Assembly (NCBI GenBank): GCA_947177755.1 | Contig: CAMWVV010000001.1 | Location: 1,592 to 65,591 of the forward strand | Source of the DNA: an uncultured Ruminococcus sp. | Lineage (GTDB): Bacteria; Bacillota; Clostridia; Oscillospirales; Ruminococcaceae | Reading direction: 5' to 3' | DNA length: 64,000 nucleotides | Translations under genes and position numbers: made by a program | The notes under the pieces: model-generated | What the model was told of the DNA's origin: nothing | Seen by the model: only the letters and a program-made list of their open reading frames with translations | Database searches by the model: none | Shown here: in pieces, positions 50,774-60,850 of the stretch | Layout: each line of letters opens with the position of its first letter | Position numbering within the stretch: the first letter of the stretch is position 1

Positions 50774-51208
50774 ATGGTTGAACAGGACACAATAAAACTG
50801 CTCCGTGAATGCGATGCAGGTGTAAAAATGGGTGTATCGGCGATTGACGAGGTAATGGACTACGTAAAAAATGAAGATTTGCGTAAAACATTACAGTACA
50901 GCATGAACGAGAACGAAAAGTTAAAATATGACTTACAAACCGCTCTTGACGATTATCACGACGACGGAAAAGAACCAAGTGTTATGGCAAAAAGTATGTC
51001 ATGGGTAAAGACAAATATGAAGCTTAAAATGCATGAATCCGACAGTATGATTGCCGAACTGATAACGGACGGCTGTAATATGGGAATAAAGTCTCTTAAT
51101 AAATATCTTAATCAGTATCAGGCGGCGGACGAACGGTCAAAGAGTATCGCACGCAGACTTGTCAGCACAGAAGAAAAACTTTCATTTGATATGAGACAGT
51201 TTTTATAA
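50774..51208 (+). CDS. Conserved clostridial helical (ferritin-like) hypothetical protein
   Basis: DTIKLLRECDAGVKMG, IAELITDGCNMGIKSL.KYLNQY pattern. Confidence 0.8.
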   Translation: MVEQDTIKLLRECDAGVKMGVSAIDEVMDYVKNEDLRKTLQYSMNENEKLKYDLQTALDDYHDDGKEPSVMAKSMSWVKTNMKLKMHESDSMIAELITDGCNMGIKSLNKYLNQYQAADERSKSIARRLVSTEEKLSFDMRQFL

Positions 51209-51209
51209 A

Positions 51210-51246
51210 AAACAAAAGCGGACACACAAATGTCCGCTTTATTTTT
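51210..51246. terminator. Bidirectional terminator, copy 1
   Basis: AAAGCGGAC/GTCCGCTTT stem. Confidence 0.75.
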
Positions 51247-51259
51247 TCACAATGTATAC

Positions 51260-51952
51260 TTAATCATTTTCAATAACGGAAATTCCTTTATCTTCCAGTA
51301 ATTTTCTGTCCTCTTCTGAAATAGTTCCTTTATCAATTTCCAATACCTTTAAAGAATCCATTTCAAGAATACCGGCTATATCTTCTATTTTATCTTCAAA
51401 TATTCTTAGTTCTTCAACATAATCAAATGATGCAAATATTGAACTGTCTTTAGTAATATTATTGTCAGATATTGCTGAAACAATTATAGTTATACTTTTA
51501 AGTGACTTACATTCTGCCAATTTTTCAAAATTTTTGACGATACTCTCAATAAACCTTATTGAAGAAACCGTATCACTGTTAAAGCCCTTAAAATCAACAT
51601 TAGTACGATAAAAATCCAACTCTTTCAGATTATCAAACTTGCTGATTTTTTCACAATCGGCACTGCTTATATCAGAACTCATTATCATTAAATCGTAAAG
51701 ATTATGAAAGTTTCTGAATTTGGAAATTGTATTTTCACTTGCTCTTGTCAACCATATTTGCTCAACTTCAGTACATTTGTTTATTTCTCTTACATTGGTA
51801 ATGTCTAAAGAAGAGTCTATTTTTTTAATATCATTTTTATAGATTTTTTTATCAATTACAGCAAAATGTGTATCAAAATAGACAGCTCCGAAAATCAGGC
51901 TGAATATAACTACAGCTATAACAGAGATGATTATAAATTTTTTTGATTTCAT
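51260..51952 (-). CDS. AT-rich membrane-anchored protein with degenerate leucine-rich repeats
   Basis: N-terminal TM; repeated L..L.I/L.F patterns (NLYDLMI, NLKELDF, SLKSITI, SLKVLEI). Confidence 0.7.
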   Translation of the reverse strand: MKSKKFIIISVIAVVIFSLIFGAVYFDTHFAVIDKKIYKNDIKKIDSSLDITNVREINKCTEVEQIWLTRASENTISKFRNFHNLYDLMIMSSDISSADCEKISKFDNLKELDFYRTNVDFKGFNSDTVSSIRFIESIVKNFEKLAECKSLKSITIIVSAISDNNITKDSSIFASFDYVEELRIFEDKIEDIAGILEMDSLKVLEIDKGTISEEDRKLLEDKGISVIEND

Positions 51953-51967
51953 AGTTATTCTCCGATT

Positions 51968-52002
51968 AAACAAAAGCGGACTTTTTTAGAGTCCGCTTTT
52001 TT
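51968..52002 (-). terminator. Rubrerythrin terminator, copy 2 of the same hairpin
   Basis: AAAGCGGAC/GTCCGCTTT stem with arms identical to copy 1. Confidence 0.75.
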
Positions 52003-52008
52003 GTGTGA

Positions 52009-52551
52009 TTAATAATTTTCACTTTTTACTTCAAAGTAGCTCTGTGGGTGTGCGCATACGGGACATACTTTCGGAGCTGATGTGCCTACTACGATATGAC
52101 CGCAGTTTCTGCATTCCCATACTGTTACACCGCTCTTTTCAAATACCTGCTGATTTTCAACGTTTTCGAGAAGTTTACGGTATCTTTCTTCGTGAGCCTT
52201 TTCGATAGCACCAACCATGCGGAACTTTACAGCGAGAGCCTTGAAACCTTCTTCTTCGGCTTCCTTAGCCATTCTCTCATACATATCAGTCCATTCGTGG
52301 TTTTCGCCCTCAGCAGCAGCACAGAGATTTTCAGCAGTATCACCGATACCGCCGAGTTCCTTGAACCACATTTTAGCGTGTTCCTTTTCGTTGTTTGCGG
52401 TGTTAAGGAAGATTTCAGCTATCTGCTCATATCCTGCCTTCTTTGCAACGGAAGCAAAGTATGTATACTTGTTTCTTGCCTGAGATTCGCCAGCAAAAGC
52501 GTCTTTTAAGTTCTGCTCGGTTTTAGTACCTGCATATTTGTTTTCTGCCAT
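52009..52551 (-). CDS. rbr: Rubrerythrin
   Basis: [23 protein letters not shown] diiron motifs; WECRNCG...[10 protein letters not shown] rubredoxin domain. Confidence 0.95.
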   Translation of the reverse strand: MAENKYAGTKTEQNLKDAFAGESQARNKYTYFASVAKKAGYEQIAEIFLNTANNEKEHAKMWFKELGGIGDTAENLCAAAEGENHEWTDMYERMAKEAEEEGFKALAVKFRMVGAIEKAHEERYRKLLENVENQQVFEKSGVTVWECRNCGHIVVGTSAPKVCPVCAHPQSYFEVKSENY

Positions 52552-52582
52552 AATAAAAAAACTCCTTTTCAATAATATTTAA

Positions 52583-52921
52583 TTAAGCTTTCCAGAGACC
52601 GTGAAGATTGCAGTAAGCATATACTGCTTCAACGGTTTCGCCGTCAGCTGTAAAGCAAGCCTGTGGCTTTTCTTCGGGTTTAAGATTCTTTACATAGAAA
52701 CCCTTGTCTGTCTGAACTGCAACCCATTCAATGTAGTGGTTTTCAGCCATAGGGTGTTCCACAGAACCGACTTTCACACATATTTTTCCGTCGTTCACTT
52801 CATAGACGGGGACGTGCTTTTCAACAGCAGCATCTGTTGTGTTGGCAGTAATTTCCGTAAGATTTTCCGCTGAACCGCTTAACAGTGCAAGTACAGACTT
52901 GTTGTCTTTGTAGAAATTCAT
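52583..52921 (-). CDS. Superoxide reductase (desulfoferrodoxin family) lacking the N-terminal Cys ligands
   Basis: AVEKHVP, EHPM..NHYIEW, YAYCNLHGLW centre II ligands. Confidence 0.9.
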   Translation of the reverse strand: MNFYKDNKSVLALLSGSAENLTEITANTTDAAVEKHVPVYEVNDGKICVKVGSVEHPMAENHYIEWVAVQTDKGFYVKNLKPEEKPQACFTADGETVEAVYAYCNLHGLWKA

Positions 52922-53009
52922 AAAAAAACCTCCTTAAATAAATCTGAAATTATTTTATCACAAAATCTGATTTTTGTCAATAAAGAATGGTGATATAATA
53001 CAAACTTTT

Positions 53010-53708
53010 TTATACAAGGGGGATAGAATTGTGTTTTTCGTCGAAAAAAACGATGTTGTCGATATATAAGTTGGACTGGTTTTCACTGCCCCACCGCATT
53101 ATAAGAAAATTAGCATCATTCATTGTTTCAGACCAGCAGTAACCGCTGTCAGCAAGAAGAAATTTAAATATACCGTGAACTGCTCCAGACATACTTAAAT
53201 TATATTCACCGCCCTCGAATCCCGTAAAATCATACCATTTTCCTTTGCCGTCGCTGTCTGTTATATCTACGACAGTTCCTCCGCCACATGATATTGTGCC
53301 GCAAGCCTTTACATTGTTCCCGTCCTGATTTATATAATCGTCTGAAACTGCGTCTGCATAAATGTCAAATTCAATGCTTCTTACTTTCGACAGATTTTCC
53401 GTACCGAGAAGCTGAGCAGCGTTAATACTTATTTTCTGGACTTTTTTGTCAAGAGATACTGTCATATCGTCAGTAAACTTAAGCATTTTATTGCCCAGCA
53501 CTTCAGCTATTTCAAGCGTACCGCCTGCTGATTCGCTGTCATCAATTATAACGGAGGCAAAAGAAAAATCACCGTTTTCAAAAGTAACTGCATTTGGGTC
53601 TGAAGATTCCACAGGGATATTGAGGGAAAGCTGTCCGACATCTGACGTGCATGAAGTGTTGAATAAAAATAAGATTGTAAGTAATATTCTGTAATTAAAT
53701 TTTTTCAT
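53010..53708 (-). CDS. Hypothetical lipoprotein, possibly carbohydrate-binding-like
   Basis: MKKFNYR..LFLFNTSC lipobox-like signal; beta-rich, ends in NLYIDNIVF. Confidence 0.65.
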   Translation of the reverse strand: MKKFNYRILLTILFLFNTSCTSDVGQLSLNIPVESSDPNAVTFENGDFSFASVIIDDSESAGGTLEIAEVLGNKMLKFTDDMTVSLDKKVQKISINAAQLLGTENLSKVRSIEFDIYADAVSDDYINQDGNNVKACGTISCGGGTVVDITDSDGKGKWYDFTGFEGGEYNLSMSGAVHGIFKFLLADSGYCWSETMNDANFLIMRWGSENQSNLYIDNIVFFDEKHNSIPLV

Positions 53709-53805
53709 ATTGAATTTTCCCCGTTTATAAAAACTTCTCAATAATAAAATTCAGTATATCACGATTCTGAAACTTTGTCAAGTATATAATAATTAATTTT
53801 AACGG

Positions 53806-53834
53806 TTGAAATTATCCGGAAAAAATGTTATAAT
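53806..53834 (+). promoter_or_regulatory. Sigma-A promoter of pth-mfd
   Basis: TTGAAA, 17 bp spacer, TG-n-TATAAT. Confidence 0.65.
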
Positions 53835-53883
53835 TCAGATATGAGAATATATTATATAAAACTTTATACAAGGAGAAACTACA

Positions 53884-54507
53884 ATGAGTATTTTTGATGT
53901 ATTTGACAGGATTTCACAAAATTCTGCCTCACAGACGGGTAAAATGGAGTATGTGATAGCAGGACTTGGCAATCCTGGTATGCAGTATGACAATACACGC
54001 CATAACGCAGGTTTCGGCGTTCTCGACCTGCTCGCCTCACAGCTTGGTACAGAAATAAACAGGCTTCGTTTCAAGGGAAAAACCACAGAAGTGAATATAG
54101 ACGATGTACGCTGTCTGCTTCTCAAGCCGACGACTTACATGAATAACAGCGGTGAATCAATAGTACAGGCACTTGAATTTTATAAGATTGATGTTACAAA
54201 GCTTATTGTCGTATGCGACGATATTTCACTTGACTGCGGAAAAATCCGTATAAGAAGAAAAGGCAGTCATGGCGGTCATAACGGTCTGCGGAGCATCATA
54301 GACCTTACAGGCAGGGACGACTTTCAGCGTATAAAGACAGGTGTCGGCAAAAAGCCTCACCCCGATTATGACCTTGCAAAGTGGGTACTCGGAAAGTTCA
54401 ACAAGGAAGATACGGAGAAAATGAAAATTTCCGCTGAAAATGCCTGTGAGAGCATAAAGCTTATGGTGCAGGGAAAAACGGACGAAGCAATGAACAAATA
54501 TAATTAA
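53884..54507 (+). CDS. pth: Peptidyl-tRNA hydrolase
   Basis: GLGNPG..Y..TRHNAGF, KPTTYMNNSG, GSHGGHNGLRSI. Confidence 0.96.
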   Translation: MSIFDVFDRISQNSASQTGKMEYVIAGLGNPGMQYDNTRHNAGFGVLDLLASQLGTEINRLRFKGKTTEVNIDDVRCLLLKPTTYMNNSGESIVQALEFYKIDVTKLIVVCDDISLDCGKIRIRRKGSHGGHNGLRSIIDLTGRDDFQRIKTGVGKKPHPDYDLAKWVLGKFNKEDTEKMKISAENACESIKLMVQGKTDEAMNKYN

Positions 54508-54549
54508 GAACTGAAATTTTTGAAGACAGATAGAATTGGAGATAGCACA

Positions 54550-57500
54550 ATGAAACTTTTTAAAAACTTTTTCAGGGAACTTTCAGGTTACAAGAGTATC
54601 TGTGAAGCGGTTGAAAGAAAAATTTCACCTGTTTCTGTAACAGGTCTTTCACATATACACAGGGCAAACCTTGTATATGCTCTCTCGGACGACAAAGTAA
54701 ACATAGTAATAGCAGGTACAGAGGCGGAGGCAAGAAAACTGTGTGATGATATAAATATGATGTCGGGAAATGAAACAGCGGTGCTTTTTCCATCAAAGGA
54801 ACTTGTTTTCACTCCTGTTGATACGGCAAATCATGAGTATGAATATATGAGGCTTTCCGCACTGACTAAGATTATCAGGGGAAAGAGCAGGATAATATGT
54901 GCAGGAATAGAAGCGGTAATGCAACCTGTTATTCCACCTGAAAAACTTGTTTCCGCAATTGTGGAAATCAGTCAGGGGCAGGAAATTAATATTTCGGAAT
55001 TTTCGGCACTTCTTGCGGAAAACGGTTATCAGCGGTGTGAAAAGGTAGAAGGAGCGTCGCAGTTTTCCGTAAGAGGTTCTATAATTGATATTTTTCCCGT
55101 GCAGGCAGACCGCCCCGTGCGTATTGAACTCTGGGGAGATGAGATTGACAGCATTTCAGAATTTGAAACCGATACACAAAGACGTACAGAACCGCTTGAA
55201 AGAATTGAAATTCCGCCTGCAAGCGAGATACTTTACAATAATGAAGAACTTGCCGACAGAATAGAAAGTCTAATTAAAAGGGCAAGGGGAAAGCGTACCG
55301 CCCTTATCCGTGAAAATCTCGGTGCAGATGTTCACAGACTCCGTGCAGGTGAAATACTTGCACACGGTCAGAAATATTACCCCCTTGTTTATGACACTCC
55401 GTCAACTGTGTTCGACTATGTGGACGGTGTTGTCATGTTCAGCGACTATTCCGCCATTATGGACAGTGCAGGCGGTATAATTTCACGTCATAACGAGGAC
55501 GTTAAAATTTTAATGGAAGACGGTCAGCTTTGCAGGGGTCTTGACGGTCATATTATTGAACTTCCACAGATACAGCATATTACAGAAAAATATGTCTGCC
55601 TTTATATCAGCAACTTTATGCAGAGCGGTGAACGGATAGATTTCCGTCGGCTTGTGAGTTTTGAAGCAATGCAGACTGCCGTGTGGGGCGGTGAAATGAA
55701 ACAGCTGACGGAAGATTTGAATGAATTTATAAAAAGAAAATACAGAATAATTCTATGTGCAGGAAGTGAAAAGACACTGCCGATTATTCAGGAAGATTTG
55801 AATGAAAAGGGTATTTTATGCGACCTGTGCGGTGATGATATTATTCCGCAAAACAGCCGTGTATGTCTTATGTCGGGAAGTTTCAGCGGTGGTTTTGAAT
55901 ATCCCGAAAACAAAACCGTGCTTATAACGCAGGGGCGTTCAATGGACAGCAAACAGCATAATAAGCGTAAAAAGAAGAACAAAGCCGAAGAAATACGCAG
56001 TCTTGCCGATATAGCGGAGGGCGATTTGGTTGTACATTCAGGTCATGGCATAGGGCGTTTTATTGGTATACGCAAACTTGAATTTGACGGCGTGACAAAA
56101 GATTATATTACAATACAGTATGCAGGTACAGATAAATTATATATACCTGTTACACAGCTTGATATGGTTTCAAAATATATCGGACCTCGTGACGACAGCG
56201 GTGTGAAACTGAATAAACTTTCGTCTAATGAATGGCAGAAAACAAGAGGAAACGTAAAGCGTGCGGTTAAGGACATGGCACATGAACTTATTGAACTCTA
56301 TGCAAAGCGTGAACAGAGCAGGGGTTTTGCGTTTTTTCCCGACGACGAAATACAGCGTGATTTTGAGGAACGTTTTCCGTATGTGGAAACAGATGACCAG
56401 TTACAGTCAATATCAGAAATAAAGGCTGATATGGAAAGTGAGAAACCTATGGAAAGACTGCTGTGCGGAGATGTCGGATTTGGAAAGACGGAAGTTGCAT
56501 TCCGTGCAGCTATGAAGTGTGTTATCGCAGGAAAACAATGTGCGATTCTTGCACCGACTACTGTTTTAGCGTATCAGCACTATCAGACAGCTTTAAGGCG
56601 TTTTGAGCAGTTCCCCGTAAATATAGAACTGCTTTCAAGATACCGCACACAAAAACAGCAGACCGAGATTTTGAAAAAACTGAAACAGGGAAGAATTGAC
56701 CTTATAATAGGTACACACAAGATTATACAGAAAAGTGTAATTTTCAAGGATTTGGGACTTGCAATAATAGATGAAGAACAGCGTTTCGGAGTTGCACACA
56801 AGGAAAAATTCAAGGAGAGTTTCAGCGGTGTTGATGTTCTTATGCTCTCAGCCACACCTATTCCACGTACTCTTAATATGGCAATGAGCGGTATACGTGA
56901 TATGTCCGTACTGGAAGAACCTCCGCAGGACAGATACCCTGTGCAGACTTATGTTATAGAGTATAATATAAGTACAATAATTCAGGCTATAGTGCGTGAG
57001 TTGAGGCGTGGCGGACAGGTTTATTATATTCACAACAGGATAGAAACGATTCAGGCTTGTGCCTCACGTTTGCAGGAAAGACTGCCCGATGCACGTATTG
57101 CATATGCACACGGACAGATGAATGAGGAAGAAATGTCTGATATATGGGAAAAACTTGTTGAGCATGAAATTGATATACTTGTATGTACTACTATAATAGA
57201 AACGGGTGTTGACGTTCCAAATGTAAACACTCTTATTATCGACGATGCCGACCGTTTCGGTCTTTCACAGCTCTATCAGCTGAGAGGACGTGTGGGACGT
57301 TCAAACAGAAGAGGATATGCATATTTCACGTATCAGAAAGATAAGGTATTAACGGAAGTAGCGGCAAAACGTCTTAACGCAATGAGAGAGTTCACACAGT
57401 TCGGAAGCGGTTTCAGAATTGCCCTCCGTGACCTTGAAATAAGAGGAGCAGGAAGTATTCTCGGAGGCAGACAGCATGGACATATGGAAGCGGTCGGTTA

Positions 57501-58011
57501 TGATATGTATCTTAAACTTCTTTCGGAGGCTGTAGCCGAGGAAAAAGGCGAAAAACCTGAAAGGATTCCCGAATGTCTCATAGACATTCAGATTGACGCT
57601 CATATTCCCGAAAAATATATATCAAGTCTTAATCAGCGTATAGACATATACAGAAAAATTATGCTTGTAAACAACAACGAGGACAAGGCTGACCTTATTG
57701 ACGAACTTATTGACCGTTACGGTGAACCGCCTAAATCGGTTCTCGGTCTTATTGAAGTATCATTGCTCAGAAATAAGGCGGCACATCTCGGTATTACCGA
57801 AATATCACAAAGAAACGGTTCAATGTATTTCTATACGGAATATATGGAAACTCAGCAGATAGCAGCGTTGTCCAAACATTACAAGGGTAGTATAACTTTC
57901 AACGGTTCGGGAAAATCTTACATTTCTGTGAAGATTTCGCCGAAGTCAAAGCCATTTGACATGATGAGGGAAACAGTGGAAATAATTTATCAGAACCGTA
58001 TGAATAAATAA
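54550..58011 (+). CDS. mfd: Transcription-repair coupling factor
   Basis: GDLVVHSGHGIGRF, CGDVGFGKTEVA, IDEEQRFGV, SATPIPRTL, QLRGRVGRS; start moved from 54520 to the ATG at 54550. Confidence 0.97.
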   Translation: MKLFKNFFRELSGYKSICEAVERKISPVSVTGLSHIHRANLVYALSDDKVNIVIAGTEAEARKLCDDINMMSGNETAVLFPSKELVFTPVDTANHEYEYMRLSALTKIIRGKSRIICAGIEAVMQPVIPPEKLVSAIVEISQGQEINISEFSALLAENGYQRCEKVEGASQFSVRGSIIDIFPVQADRPVRIELWGDEIDSISEFETDTQRRTEPLERIEIPPASEILYNNEELADRIESLIKRARGKRTALIRENLGADVHRLRAGEILAHGQKYYPLVYDTPSTVFDYVDGVVMFSDYSAIMDSAGGIISRHNEDVKILMEDGQLCRGLDGHIIELPQIQHITEKYVCLYISNFMQSGERIDFRRLVSFEAMQTAVWGGEMKQLTEDLNEFIKRKYRIILCAGSEKTLPIIQEDLNEKGILCDLCGDDIIPQNSRVCLMSGSFSGGFEYPENKTVLITQGRSMDSKQHNKRKKKNKAEEIRSLADIAEGDLVVHSGHGIGRFIGIRKLEFDGVTKDYITIQYAGTDKLYIPVTQLDMVSKYIGPRDDSGVKLNKLSSNEWQKTRGNVKRAVKDMAHELIELYAKREQSRGFAFFPDDEIQRDFEERFPYVETDDQLQSISEIKADMESEKPMERLLCGDVGFGKTEVAFRAAMKCVIAGKQCAILAPTTVLAYQHYQTALRRFEQFPVNIELLSRYRTQKQQTEILKKLKQGRIDLIIGTHKIIQKSVIFKDLGLAIIDEEQRFGVAHKEKFKESFSGVDVLMLSATPIPRTLNMAMSGIRDMSVLEEPPQDRYPVQTYVIEYNISTIIQAIVRELRRGGQVYYIHNRIETIQACASRLQERLPDARIAYAHGQMNEEEMSDIWEKLVEHEIDILVCTTIIETGVDVPNVNTLIIDDADRFGLSQLYQLRGRVGRSNRRGYAYFTYQKDKVLTEVAAKRLNAMREFTQFGSGFRIALRDLEIRGAGSILGGRQHGHMEAVGYDMYLKLLSEAVAEEKGEKPERIPECLIDIQIDAHIPEKYISSLNQRIDIYRKIMLVNNNEDKADLIDELIDRYGEPPKSVLGLIEVSLLRNKAAHLGITEISQRNGSMYFYTEYMETQQIAALSKHYKGSITFNGSGKSYISVKISPKSKPFDMMRETVEIIYQNRMNK

Positions 58012-58027
58012 AAGCTGAAATTTTTTA

Positions 58028-58056
58028 TTGACATATTATAAGAAATATGATAAAAT
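58028..58056 (+). promoter_or_regulatory. Sigma-A promoter of the GH74 gene
   Basis: TTGACA, 17 bp spacer, TG-n-TAAAAT. Confidence 0.7.
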
Positions 58057-58104
58057 ATATTTATATATAAAGTCGTATATAATAATTGACGGGAGGGAGT
58101 AATT

Positions 58105-60795
58105 ATGACTTTAATTAAGAAAACTATGGCAGGTATTTTTACAGCCTGCATGGCAGTTTCATGTATACCATATGCAAACGCTCCTGCACAGGTGCAGGCA
58201 GTTTCAGAAAGCATTGCCGATACTATGAAGTGGGATACGCTCAAAATCGGCGGCGGCGGATTTGTTTCGGGCATTGTTACAGGACAGAAAGAAATGTATC
58301 TCCGTACAGACGTTGGCGGTGCGTATAAATTCGACTATGAACAAAACAGATGGGTTCAGCTTTTTGACTTCCTCAACGAAGACGAAAGAGGACTTTTAAG
58401 TATCAAGGGTATGGCAATAGACCCGACTGATGATAACACTGTTTACTTCCTTTGCGGTTGTGCTTACTTCTCGGGTGCAAGGACTGTTATTTACAAGACT
58501 ACTGACGGCGGTGAAACTTTCACGGAATCTGATGTAACTGATATGATTCAGGTACACGGAAACGGTGACGGTCGTGAATGCTGTGAACCTATTGCAATAG
58601 ACCCCGACAACACTGACACTATCTATGCAGGCGGTGACGTTACCGCAGGTGATTCCGCACTTATCAAGTCAACCGACGGCGGTAAGACATGGAAAGCCGT
58701 AAAGGGTTACGACGATTTAGGTTTATTCAACTACAGCATGAAATATCCTTTCTGGACTGACCATGTAGTACGTGGCAGTGAAGACAAAGGCGAACAAGGA
58801 TATAATCAGCAGAACGGTATAGGCACTATTCACATAGAGGGCGGTAAGGTTTATGTCGGTACTTCCGTAACGGGTCAGACAAATATTCATGTTGCCGACG
58901 TTAAAGACGACAATTTCACCGAACTTTCAGCAGATTTACCGAACGAAAATTATCCTGTTTCCATAACAAGCGACAGAAACGGCAATCTTTTCTTCTCATA
59001 TATTCAAGGTCTTGCATTCGCTGGTAAGGCTGGCGGTGCTTATAAGTACAACGTAGAAAGCGGAGATGTTACAAGGCTTTCCGTAACTAACAGTGCAGTG
59101 GGCATGATTACCGTTGACAAGAACGACCCTAATAAAATGGTTGCAAGAACCTGCGGTGATTGGCTTGACCAATGGTACGAAGAAGAATGGACTGACGGCA
59201 GTATAGCATGGGGCGACTATTTCTTCCGTTCAACTGACGGCGGTGAAACATGGCAGAATATTACTCCTGGTGCTGGTGAAACTATTTACGATGCAGAGGG
59301 TTCACATAAGGAATTTGTTTCTCTTCCTATTGATACTAATGGTTATGACTGGGTTTACGGTAAAGCCTGTCACTGGGGAAGCGGTATTCTCATAGACCCC
59401 AGAAATCCCGACAGAATCCTTATGACTTCCGGTAACGGCGTTTTTGCCTGCGATAACACATGGGACAAAAAAGGCGTGCAGTTCTACTTCCAGCCCGACG
59501 GTGTTGAAGAAGTCGTTGCACTTGACTTTGTAAGTGTTCCGGGCGGTTCTAATTATTCCGTAATAGGAGACTATGACGGTTTCATTCATGAAAGTGCTAC
59601 TGAAATTCCACAGCAGTATAAGCCTAATATTGGGTCGACAGGTGCTATTTCATACTGTCCGCAGAATCCTGATGTTATGGTGAGAGTTTCCGAACACGGA
59701 AGCGATAACGGCAATGGTTTCTATTCAACTGATGCCGGAAAGACATGGACAAAAATGGATATTTCTTCTGGTGGTAAAGTTGCCATAACTCAGCTTGAAG
59801 ACGGCACATACAGGGTTATCAAGGCAGACGGCAGTAATTCAAAGATACAATATTCAGACGATTTCGGTGCAACATGGAACGATGCAAAAGGGCTTGAGGG
59901 TTCAAAGACAACATATCCGCTTGTTGACCCCGAAAATCCTGCTATTGTCTATGGTTCGGGTATCAAGTATAATGATTACTGGGCATCTGATACAAGCAAG
60001 AAAGAGCCTACTCTCGACGATGCACAGTATGATTTCTATATCAGCACTGACTATGGTGCAACTTTTGAAAAGACTATTGTATGTAAGTATGATATGTGCG
60101 ACCACACGGGCGACCTTGCATATATCACTGACGACACAGTTGCTATGGCTGTCGGCTGGGAAGGTATGTATATAATTACAGACGGCGGAAAAAATGTTGA
60201 AAAATCTGATGTATTCTATGCAAAGACAATCGGTTACGGAGCTCCCGAAAAGGACGGCGGTGTAAATACCCTGTTCATTTACGGTAAACCTGAAGAAGAT
60301 GACGTTGAAGGTATTTACCGTTCGACTGACAGCGGTAAAACATGGGTGTGTATCAATACTGACCACCTCTATGGCGGTACGGGTAACGGTAACTTCCTTG
60401 TTGGTGACATGAATGAATTTGGTACAGTTTATATGTCAACTGTCGGCTGTGGTATCGTTTACGGTGAACTTTCCGACGGTCAGGGCAGTACGAAACCAAC
60501 AAAGCCTACTACTCCTACAAAGCCAACAAATCCGTCGGGAAAAACTGTATGGGGTGATGCAGATGAGGACGGAGAAGTAAATATTAATGATGCAGTTCTT
60601 ATAATGCAGTCAATTGCAAATCCAGACAAATACAAGCTTACGGCACAGGGTAAGCTTAATGCAGACGTTGTTGACAACGGCAGCGGTATTACTAATTCAG
60701 ACGCTCTTGCTATTCAGTATATCGAATCAAAAACAATTACTAACGGTGATTTTCCGATGACAGCAAAAGACCTTGAAAATTTGAGTGCCGAATAA
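58105..60795 (+). CDS. GH74 xyloglucanase-family enzyme with C-terminal dockerin
   Basis: Signal peptide; IGGGGFVSG, YLRTDVGGAY, repeated S/T-D-G-G-x-T-W Asp-boxes, IGDYDGF; KPT linker; dockerin WGDADEDGEVNINDAVLIMQ...NADV...DALAIQ. Confidence 0.92.
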   Translation: MTLIKKTMAGIFTACMAVSCIPYANAPAQVQAVSESIADTMKWDTLKIGGGGFVSGIVTGQKEMYLRTDVGGAYKFDYEQNRWVQLFDFLNEDERGLLSIKGMAIDPTDDNTVYFLCGCAYFSGARTVIYKTTDGGETFTESDVTDMIQVHGNGDGRECCEPIAIDPDNTDTIYAGGDVTAGDSALIKSTDGGKTWKAVKGYDDLGLFNYSMKYPFWTDHVVRGSEDKGEQGYNQQNGIGTIHIEGGKVYVGTSVTGQTNIHVADVKDDNFTELSADLPNENYPVSITSDRNGNLFFSYIQGLAFAGKAGGAYKYNVESGDVTRLSVTNSAVGMITVDKNDPNKMVARTCGDWLDQWYEEEWTDGSIAWGDYFFRSTDGGETWQNITPGAGETIYDAEGSHKEFVSLPIDTNGYDWVYGKACHWGSGILIDPRNPDRILMTSGNGVFACDNTWDKKGVQFYFQPDGVEEVVALDFVSVPGGSNYSVIGDYDGFIHESATEIPQQYKPNIGSTGAISYCPQNPDVMVRVSEHGSDNGNGFYSTDAGKTWTKMDISSGGKVAITQLEDGTYRVIKADGSNSKIQYSDDFGATWNDAKGLEGSKTTYPLVDPENPAIVYGSGIKYNDYWASDTSKKEPTLDDAQYDFYISTDYGATFEKTIVCKYDMCDHTGDLAYITDDTVAMAVGWEGMYIITDGGKNVEKSDVFYAKTIGYGAPEKDGGVNTLFIYGKPEEDDVEGIYRSTDSGKTWVCINTDHLYGGTGNGNFLVGDMNEFGTVYMSTVGCGIVYGELSDGQGSTKPTKPTTPTKPTNPSGKTVWGDADEDGEVNINDAVLIMQSIANPDKYKLTAQGKLNADVVDNGSGITNSDALAIQYIESKTITNGDFPMTAKDLENLSAE

Positions 60796-60816
60796 TTTAT
60801 ATTATAAAGTGACATG

Positions 60817-60850
60817 AAAAATCCCCATGTAACAAGGGGGATTTTTTATT
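60817..60850. terminator. Bidirectional terminator
   Basis: AAAAATCCCC/GGGGATTTTT stem. Confidence 0.7.
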
